64,000 nucleotides of DNA from an uncultured virus (IMG/VR IMGVR_UViG_3300030098_006004). Its lineage: Duplodnaviria; Heunggongvirae; Uroviricota; Caudoviricetes. The translations under genes were made by a program, and so were the position numbers. The notes below the pieces were generated by a model, which did not search any database, was not told the origin of the DNA, and was given only the letters and a program-made list of their open reading frames with translations. The stretch is taken from IMG/VR virus record IMGVR_UViG_3300030098_006004. One strand, written 5' to 3'. Positions 57,328 through 64,000 of this stretch are shown piece after piece (position 1 is the first letter of the stretch; each line of letters begins with the position of its first letter).

Positions 57328-57581
57328 TAAAACACCCCCAAGGTTTTCCTGAGTCGGTCGTAAATATCTTGCAGAGTGTTGAAGTCTTCATCCTTCTGAA
57401 GCATGCGGTAAGCGCGGACGGCTTGTTTCATTTCATCTTTAGATAGCCAGCCGTTCTCCACATAATTCTTACGCAGATCGCGGCGGTGTTCCTTGAAAGG
57501 CTCCATCGCTCGCTCATTCTCGTCGAATGCCTTGATGAAATCAACTACATATTCTTCTTTTGTTTTATCGTATTCAGACAT
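57327..57581 (-). CDS. small conserved protein, possibly dsDNA-binding (T4 DsbA/GapR-like helix pattern)
   Basis: E..MEPFKE.RRDL...Y..NGWL...E...AVRAYR. Confidence 0.4.
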   Translation of the reverse strand: MSEYDKTKEEYVVDFIKAFDENERAMEPFKEHRRDLRKNYVENGWLSKDEMKQAVRAYRMLQKDEDFNTLQDIYDRLRKTLGVF

Positions 57582-57640
57582 TAGTCTCTCCTTTTAATTT
57601 GATACCTTTAATATAAGCACTATTCTTCATAGTTCAAGTG

Positions 57641-59497
57641 TTAAGTTACCTCACAGCCGCCCGCGCCGCAAGCGACCTCTCCTTTGAGATCCGTATTATC
57701 CTCCATTTCGACCACTTTTGTTAAGTCAATATTTTCTAAATCTTCCAAAAGCGCTTCATATCGCTCTTTAGAGCAATCTTCAAATGGTGCTTGAACATAA
57801 GTTCCTCCATCGTGAGGAAGGACTGATAAACCATTATAGGAGGTTCTATTCTCCCACATCCACTCACCTACATCAATCCACTCGGCTTCTTTAATAGAAA
57901 TGGTGGCAGAGACATTGTGCGTATTCTGCCCTCTAACGTGTCCATTTCGAACCCACTCCTCGCTTACGCCCTTTACCCTTCGTAGAAGCTGAAGAGCGCT
58001 CTCAGTGCGTGTAATAGCGCCTTCTGGGGATTTCTGAGGGATGGATATGACCGCTGTATCGTGAGGTCGGAAATATTCATCTTCCACTAAATTGTCGTGG
58101 TTTATCGTAAGGTAAGTATAAATTGGCTCATTCTTTCCAACTCTAAGGCGTCTAATATAGAAATCGTTGTGCCAAGCGTGAATACCGCTGGATGTGCCTA
58201 ATGTAAGTGACGTGGTTCCAGCAGGCTTTACGCAAGTTGTGCGATTCGCTGGTTTGATGCCGATAAGAGCAGCAGCTCTTTTATTTTCTTTTTTTACTGC
58301 CTGTGCTGCTTTCTTCATGTCAAGTTCTAAAACTTTACCCGAGGCGATACCAGTCATCGAAACACCAATTAATGCATCTTTCTCAGTATTTCTACGCCAC
58401 ACATCGCGAAGATAATGAAAATCCGTATAACCCGCTTGCAATGTACCAATAAATGCAGCGGCGGTTACTCGCGCTTCATATTCTTCTTGTGTATTTACAT
58501 CGCTTACATTTACTTCGCATAGGTTGCAGAACTGATAAGGACGAAGAGCGATTTCACAGCAAGGATTAGTTCCCCAGTCTTTGTCGTTGGTGAAATAAAA
58601 CCCTGGTTCTCCTGCGCCTGACGCTTTTACGCGGTTCCATAGGTCAATAAAATAATCTTTTGTTATTCTGTGTCTCATCAAAACAACAGAGTTGTTTGCT
58701 CGTCCTCTTTGTGGGTTCTTTTCCCACCAGTTACCTGTTTTAGCGGCGAGCATTTCATCATCATCGGCACTAAAAAGTGAGATAAGAGCAGCGCGGCGAA
58801 TACCGCCGGCAAGTACAGCGTCAGCAATGTGACATACAATGTCATGCACTTCAATCGTTGAAAGTTGTTCACCGTCTTCCTTGTGGCTAAGTATGCCTTC
58901 TACTTTTAAAAGACACTCTTTAAGAGGCTGTGCCCCTGGGGCTTTTCCGCCTGATGTGAGTAGACGAGCGCCTTTAGGGCGAATGTCAGAAAAATCAAAG
59001 CGCAGCTTAGATCCTCCTTGGAAGTAAGTTCGCATAAGAGCCTTAACAGAATCAGCCCATCCTTCAATAGAGTCGGCGATTAAGAATCGTCTGGTTCTCT
59101 TTGAATTAGGCTTTTGAATTTCTGGTAGTTTTTCAACATGGTGCTTTTGAACGGAGTATCCCACTCCTGTTCCCCCAAGAAGTAAAAACATAGTCTCTGA
59201 AAAAGAACGCCAATCGTCAATAGGCAAAAAACAACAATTATAAATACGGTTAGGAGCAACCTCAATGGGCTTGCCGCCAAATTGCATAGAGCGCATAGAA
59301 GGGAGAACTTTTTTCGCATAGACGTATTTATACGCCTGATTTATTTCTTCCTTCAAATCAGGATATTTTTTTAAGTGCATCTTTTTGTTGCGCGTCACGA
59401 GTTCTTTCCAAGTTTCGCGCCTTTCTTTCTTGGGCAAATAACGCGCATACTTCATATGCACTGTGATATCTGATAAAATCTGCTTAGTTATGTCCAT
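57641..59497 (-). CDS. nrdJ: class II (B12-dependent) ribonucleotide reductase
   Basis: NCC, GTGVG, GG.RRAA.I, TNPCCEI, FCNLCE, VKPAGT; no small subunit in window. Confidence 0.88.
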   Translation of the reverse strand: MDITKQILSDITVHMKYARYLPKKERRETWKELVTRNKKMHLKKYPDLKEEINQAYKYVYAKKVLPSMRSMQFGGKPIEVAPNRIYNCCFLPIDDWRSFSETMFLLLGGTGVGYSVQKHHVEKLPEIQKPNSKRTRRFLIADSIEGWADSVKALMRTYFQGGSKLRFDFSDIRPKGARLLTSGGKAPGAQPLKECLLKVEGILSHKEDGEQLSTIEVHDIVCHIADAVLAGGIRRAALISLFSADDDEMLAAKTGNWWEKNPQRGRANNSVVLMRHRITKDYFIDLWNRVKASGAGEPGFYFTNDKDWGTNPCCEIALRPYQFCNLCEVNVSDVNTQEEYEARVTAAAFIGTLQAGYTDFHYLRDVWRRNTEKDALIGVSMTGIASGKVLELDMKKAAQAVKKENKRAAALIGIKPANRTTCVKPAGTTSLTLGTSSGIHAWHNDFYIRRLRVGKNEPIYTYLTINHDNLVEDEYFRPHDTAVISIPQKSPEGAITRTESALQLLRRVKGVSEEWVRNGHVRGQNTHNVSATISIKEAEWIDVGEWMWENRTSYNGLSVLPHDGGTYVQAPFEDCSKERYEALLEDLENIDLTKVVEMEDNTDLKGEVACGAGGCEVT

Positions 59498-59508
59498 TGT
59501 TAAATCCT

Positions 59509-60864
59509 TTATTTTTTTCTAAAATTCTTATACTTCTCTTTTAAGTTATTCTTCTCGTCCTGCAAGGATTTTTGATTTAAGCTTTCGATTGTTTCATGGT
59601 CTTGGGGAAGAACATTTATTCTTACATTAGATGTATCCATAAAGATTGGATAAACTAGACCATCTGGACCATTTCTGTTCTTGGCAATAAAAACTCGCCC
59701 TGTATTTTCATTTTTATGCTTGATTGTACGGGAAAGAGAGAAGATAAAATCTGCTACAAAGCACTTGCTAAATGCTTCTGAAATGGATTCCATTGTGATT
59801 ACTTCTGTGTTCAATCCCGACCTATTAGTTTGCGAAACTGTCCATAAAGGACACTCTTGTTCTTGGGCGATTCCTCGCAGTTCTTCGTAAATAGACTCTA
59901 ATTCATTTCTTTTTTCTTTAAAGTTTGAAACAGGCTTAAGAAGGTCTCCGTAATCGACGATTATCAAGTCAATTTGATGATTTCTTTTTTGTAATTTATC
60001 TAAATGAGCACGGATTGTATTGGTTGATGCCGATTTAGTTGGATACTCTTTAATAATAAGATTTCCTTCCACATCAGAACAAGTTTCAAACACATGGTCT
60101 TTGTATGCCTTTAAGTCTCCAATGGGAACCCCGCTTAAACAGCTGTCATATCTTAGCCCAACCACAGGCTCTGTAAGTTCTAGCGTGTAATGAACAACGT
60201 TCTTACCTGCTTTAAGCGCAGCAGCACCCAGATGAACAAGAGCCATAGATTTTCCTGCTCCTGTAGCGGCAATACCTACGCCCAGTTCGCCTTTTCCAAG
60301 ACCACCTTTAGTAATCTTATCCATTTCAATCCAACCAGTGGAGACTGGATGTCTGGGACGATCAATGTACCTAAATTCAAAATCTTTCTTGTAGTCGTGA
60401 CCAAATTTGTTATCAGTCCCCAGCTTTAGAGCATCATCAATGATTGTTTTTATCTCTCCAAAGGAGGAGCGTTGAAGCAGCGCTACTGATTTAATCATTG
60501 CCTCTTTGAGCTTTTGTTTTTTACAAAAGTCCAGGGCAGTTTCTTTAATATAATCAACGTCTTTGACTTTAGTAGCGATAGAGCGTGCAAAATAATCTCG
60601 CAGTTGTTTTTTAATTAAATCGCTTTCGTCATCAATCTCGGTTCTGAGCATGGAGGACATAATGTCCTCCGAGGGATGCACACCGTATTTGTGACGGTAG
60701 CCAAATACCAGCCGCACAAACTCTTGTAAATATTTTAACTCAAAAAAGTTAATATCTAACACCTCTTCCATCTGTTCGGAAAAAGCACGGTCTTCAAATA
60801 TTAACTGTGAAAGAGTTTCTTGAAATGCTTTTCCATAATTGGAAAAGGTTGCGTCTTCTTTCAT
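59509..60864 (-). CDS. replicative DnaB-like helicase (T4 gp41-type)
   Basis: GGL..GEL, A.TGAGKS, TLEL, IKEYPT, IVDYGDL, SQTNR, KNRNG. Confidence 0.9.
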   Translation of the reverse strand: MKEDATFSNYGKAFQETLSQLIFEDRAFSEQMEEVLDINFFELKYLQEFVRLVFGYRHKYGVHPSEDIMSSMLRTEIDDESDLIKKQLRDYFARSIATKVKDVDYIKETALDFCKKQKLKEAMIKSVALLQRSSFGEIKTIIDDALKLGTDNKFGHDYKKDFEFRYIDRPRHPVSTGWIEMDKITKGGLGKGELGVGIAATGAGKSMALVHLGAAALKAGKNVVHYTLELTEPVVGLRYDSCLSGVPIGDLKAYKDHVFETCSDVEGNLIIKEYPTKSASTNTIRAHLDKLQKRNHQIDLIIVDYGDLLKPVSNFKEKRNELESIYEELRGIAQEQECPLWTVSQTNRSGLNTEVITMESISEAFSKCFVADFIFSLSRTIKHKNENTGRVFIAKNRNGPDGLVYPIFMDTSNVRINVLPQDHETIESLNQKSLQDEKNNLKEKYKNFRKK

Positions 60865-60896
60865 GTTGCCTTCCTTTTATAGGGTATATTATAAAC

Positions 60897-61880
60897 TCAT
60901 TTAGAGCGATTTTCAAGGCATATATTGTTAAAGAAAGCAAAGAGTTCAGAGAAGTTATTTTTCTCCATGTCAAATCCATCTTTCATCATATGTGTCCTGA
61001 ATGCAGTTCTATTAAACTTGTATTCTGATTCGGCTAAGGTACGCCTAACTGCTATCGCTGCCTGAGCACTCAGCAGGGGAGTTTTAAGTTGCATCATCTT
61101 ATAGTTTCGCAGAATAACTTGACGACCCTCTATTACAGAAGGGTAAAACTTTAGCTTTGTTTCATTCAACATTTTGTCAGAATATTCTAACAAGTCGCTG
61201 ATTGAATATTCTTTTTCTTCTTTTAGAAATGGAAATCTTTTAGCAATGGTCTTTAATCCTGCTCCTGGGATTCCATCTAAGTTATCGCTTTTATCACCTG
61301 CAATAGACCTAGCCAAGACAAAATTAGTAGGATGAATGTTTTCTTTTTCTAAAACAACTTCTTTTGTTATGGTTTCTGAGCCAATAGGGCGGTAAACAAT
61401 CGTATCATCTGTGATGAGTTGCCAAAAGTCTTTATCAGCCGACACAATAATCTTTTTATAATCTTCGAGGTTAGCCGACTGAACTACCTTTGATATAACA
61501 TCATCAGCTTCTACTCCTGGGAATCCAAGTTGAATAATGGGTGTCTCGTTCAAGTATTCCATGACTCGCATATTTTGCCATACTTGATTTTGCTGGACTT
61601 GATTCGGGGTCAAAGCTTGGACAGACCTGTTAAGTTTCAAAGGTTTGCGACCTTCTTTATATTCTTTAGTAATCTTTCGTCGCTTTTGTGAGCCGCCTTC
61701 TCCGTCCCAGCAAGCAACAATCTTTGTCGGATTTAACTCACGACAGATCTTTTGCAAGGAACGGAAAAATCCTCTTATACCTCCAATAGGGGGTCCATTG
61801 AGAGAGATGGTCGGGTCCATAATATACGACCGCAAGAACAAATTGTTCATGTCGAGAACAATCACTCGTTTATCAGACAT
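60897..61880 (-). CDS. 5'-3' exonuclease / flap endonuclease (PolI N-terminal type)
   Basis: LD.NNL..R, WDG, YK..R, EADD.I, S.DKDF.QL, GD.SDN..G..G.G.KT. Confidence 0.9.
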   Translation of the reverse strand: MSDKRVIVLDMNNLFLRSYIMDPTISLNGPPIGGIRGFFRSLQKICRELNPTKIVACWDGEGGSQKRRKITKEYKEGRKPLKLNRSVQALTPNQVQQNQVWQNMRVMEYLNETPIIQLGFPGVEADDVISKVVQSANLEDYKKIIVSADKDFWQLITDDTIVYRPIGSETITKEVVLEKENIHPTNFVLARSIAGDKSDNLDGIPGAGLKTIAKRFPFLKEEKEYSISDLLEYSDKMLNETKLKFYPSVIEGRQVILRNYKMMQLKTPLLSAQAAIAVRRTLAESEYKFNRTAFRTHMMKDGFDMEKNNFSELFAFFNNICLENRSK

Positions 61881-61892
61881 TTTTACCTCGGT

Positions 61893-62213
61893 TTAGTCTT
61901 GTATTCGGCGCATCTTAAAAGAGAGAATACCGGCAATATTATTTATTTTCTCTGTGAGAACTTCTAAATATCCTACCAAATCTTCTGGAGGTAGGAGTTT
62001 TATTGTCAAGGTAGATCTTTCTTTAAGCTCGCCCATCTTAACTGTATCGCCACCGGGCGACACAATTACAACTCCCGAAAAGGCGCGGATAGTAGTGAGA
62101 ATATCTGAAATTTGATAATCGGTACTGATGACTATTCCAGCCTCAAACTTCATTAAATCTTTTTCAGCTGCTTCTACTATTCGCTTGTACACTTTTTCTA
62201 CGATATGATTCAT
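61893..62213 (-). CDS. hypothetical late protein
   Basis: ACTATTTA 5 nt before ATG; N-terminus ends in RIVE. Confidence 0.55.
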   Translation of the reverse strand: MNHIVEKVYKRIVEAAEKDLMKFEAGIVISTDYQISDILTTIRAFSGVVIVSPGGDTVKMGELKERSTLTIKLLPPEDLVGYLEVLTEKINNIAGILSFKMRRIQD

Positions 62214-62226
62214 AAGTATAAATAGT

Positions 62227-63321
62227 TTATTCTTCGTCTATTTCGTAAAAATCTGATGCATTGCCTTCTCTGGAATCGAACTTCATTATAACCTCTTCAT
62301 CCATGATTTCAAGGATGCGGTTTTTAAACTTTTCATTCTTAAGCTTGTCCATCCATTTGGCTGCTTGAAACTTTTCAGTCTTGCCGTCTTTGTAAGTCAA
62401 CGTGTACCAAGCGCCCTTAGATTCAATCTGCGGTGCTCCCTTGACGGCTTCAAACCAACTTTCTTCATCTTGGACGCCAATGTTCTCGCCCCATAAGATT
62501 TTGAACGTGCATTGACGACCTTGAGTTCCAAAGCGGCTTTTCTTTAATGTACATTTAACTTCTGAACCAATTCTAAATCCTTTATCATCAGTAACAAAAG
62601 AATTCTTTGCTTTGCGAGAAGTCAGCCATACCCTTAGTGAATAAGTATAAGGAAGAGTCTTGCCTCCTGGTGTTACATAGGGAGTAGTTAAAGTTTCAGC
62701 AACATTGCGCGTGATGTTGGTTTTTAGCTGATTCAAAACAAGCATGGTACTTTGAGTGTTGGCAATAGGAACTGTAAGTTTCTGCATTCCTTTTGATAAT
62801 ACTCTTGCTTTTACCGCCATGGAAGACTGAGGGTTGAAGTCTCCTTCAATAGTTTTTTCCGTGGGAGTAAGAGCCAGTGAATCCCAAATAAACAACATTT
62901 TTTGTTCGTTATTTACCATCAACATCTCAATCATTTCGAGTACTTTTTCAACAGAGACCGCCTGGGTGTAGACGATATCATCTACATTGCACCCTGACCT
63001 CTCAAGAAATGAAGAATCAAGCGCAGACTCGGAATCAAAATAAACCACTTGAATCCCCATTTTCTGCGCGTTGGCTGCTACTTGAGCAGCCATGTAAGAT
63101 TTACCAGTTGATTCTAGACCGGCAATTTCTGTAACCTTACCTACTGGAATCCCTGCAAGACTCCCTCTACAAACAATGGAATCCAACCAGCGTGAGCCAG
63201 TTGGAATCCATTCCTTTACATTTGTAGGGTTATCTTTATTGAGATTATGAGAGATTTGTTGTCCAGCGGTTTTATTTAAAAGTTTTCTTATGTCGTCTGG
63301 CGACATTTTACCTACTGACAT
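62227..63321 (-). CDS. recA: RecA/UvsX-like recombinase
   Basis: TGS..LD, G.P.G...EI.G.ESTGKS, DSE.ALD, WDSLA, NQL, TPGG, K.RFG. Confidence 0.9.
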   Translation of the reverse strand: MSVGKMSPDDIRKLLNKTAGQQISHNLNKDNPTNVKEWIPTGSRWLDSIVCRGSLAGIPVGKVTEIAGLESTGKSYMAAQVAANAQKMGIQVVYFDSESALDSSFLERSGCNVDDIVYTQAVSVEKVLEMIEMLMVNNEQKMLFIWDSLALTPTEKTIEGDFNPQSSMAVKARVLSKGMQKLTVPIANTQSTMLVLNQLKTNITRNVAETLTTPYVTPGGKTLPYTYSLRVWLTSRKAKNSFVTDDKGFRIGSEVKCTLKKSRFGTQGRQCTFKILWGENIGVQDEESWFEAVKGAPQIESKGAWYTLTYKDGKTEKFQAAKWMDKLKNEKFKNRILEIMDEEVIMKFDSREGNASDFYEIDEE

Positions 63322-63332
63322 GTAATCCTCCT

Positions 63333-63767
63333 TTACTCAGTAATATCCACCAGTTCAATTTCAAATGTAAGCTCTTTTCCTGCAAGAGGATGATTTAAAT
63401 CAAGAGTTACGGTATCTTCATTGAGAGCCGCTACGCGGGCGACCATTGGTTGACCATCTCCCGACTCTCCATGCACAATAGCGTCCACTTCTAGTTCCAT
63501 ATCTGCTCCGAAAGCTGTGCGTGGGAAGTCTCGAACTGCTGCTTCATGGACCGGTCCATATGCTTCATTGGAAGCGAGAGTGACTGTTTTCACTTCTCCA
63601 AGTCCCATTCCAACAACAGCGTTGTCGAAGCCCTTGATCATCTGACCGGAACCAACTTTAAACTCCAGAGTCGAACCGCGAAGCTTAGAGTTATCAAATT
63701 CAGTTCCATCATCCAAAGTTCCTTTGTAGTGAACTGAAACTGTGTTTCCTTCTTTAACTGTACTCAT
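63333..63767 (-). CDS. FKBP-type peptidyl-prolyl isomerase (SlyD/FkpB-like)
   Basis: V.VHY.GTL.DG..FD.S, G.GQ.I.GF, AYG, DLNHPLAGK.L.F. Confidence 0.92.
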   Translation of the reverse strand: MSTVKEGNTVSVHYKGTLDDGTEFDNSKLRGSTLEFKVGSGQMIKGFDNAVVGMGLGEVKTVTLASNEAYGPVHEAAVRDFPRTAFGADMELEVDAIVHGESGDGQPMVARVAALNEDTVTLDLNHPLAGKELTFEIELVDITE

Positions 63768-63834
63768 TTTTTTATTCCTTTTAGTGTGAAAATTAAGGCA
63801 CCTGTAACCCCGTGCCTTCCTGCGGGCAGATTGT

Positions 63835-64000
63835 CTAGCTTTCTAAATCTGCTAGAGCATTATCAATGGCGTTGGAACCATAGCGATTGGTTCCTTCGGA
63901 ATCGTTATCCGCTTCCAAATCCATGAACTCGTCCAAGATAGTTTGAACTTGTTCAAACGTCTTCTTATCAAAAGAACCTTCAATATCAGGGATTGACTCA
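63835..64000 (-). CDS. 3' end of a gene entering from the right, probably a ssDNA-binding protein
   Basis: Hand translation ..ESIPDIEGSFDKKTFEQVQTILDEFMD...AIDNALADLES*; acidic tail next to the recombination/replication block. Confidence 0.45.
   Translation of the reverse strand, partial: ESIPDIEGSFDKKTFEQVQTILDEFMDLEADNDSEGTNRYGSNAIDNALADLES

Noticed and set aside
48406..63321. Inteins or introns in dnaE, nrdJ, helicase or recA
   Set aside because: Lengths are normal, reading frames are continuous and no intein boundary motifs or insertions were noticed.

Overview
This 64 kb window is part of a large tailed-phage (jumbo-phage-like) genome. It uses the standard genetic code and is coded almost entirely on the minus strand. 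From left to right it holds: two paralogous tail-fibre-like genes; a short plus-strand island; an RpoH(sigma32)-like sigma factor next to a GC-rich palindromic segment that may be a genome end; a dense early region (7.6-21 kb) of tiny ORFs plus a MoxR/vWA pair; a five-gene cluster sharing an N-terminal leader; uvsE, a KamA-type radical SAM enzyme and four tRNAs; two methylase/nuclease pairs; metabolic and chaperone genes (purA, def, hsp20, groEL, groES, clpP, guaB/C, dut, pckA, cysK, slyD); and a replication block (dnaE, nrdJ, DnaB-like helicase, 5'-3' exonuclease, recA, probable SSB). Three layers of structure go beyond the gene list. (1) About 20 copies of CTTGAA-N15/16-(C/T)(C/T)TATA, an RpoH-type promoter that also precedes the phage's own RpoH-like sigma gene. 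(2) A second motif, ACTANTTA, sits upstream of every gene or operon carrying a shared N-terminal leader (MKLLxENWRKYLxE or MKITKxRLKEIIKEE) fused to unrelated enzyme cargo, which suggests a modular capsid-targeting or ejected-protein system. (3) About 20 small 'MKVGDLV' SH3/KOW-like ORFs, many chained by a dual-coding 14-nt junction. Two structured ncRNA candidates, tRNA/CDS/promoter overlaps and a 10-Cys mini-protein were also seen. All product calls come from motif recognition by eye; no database search was run.
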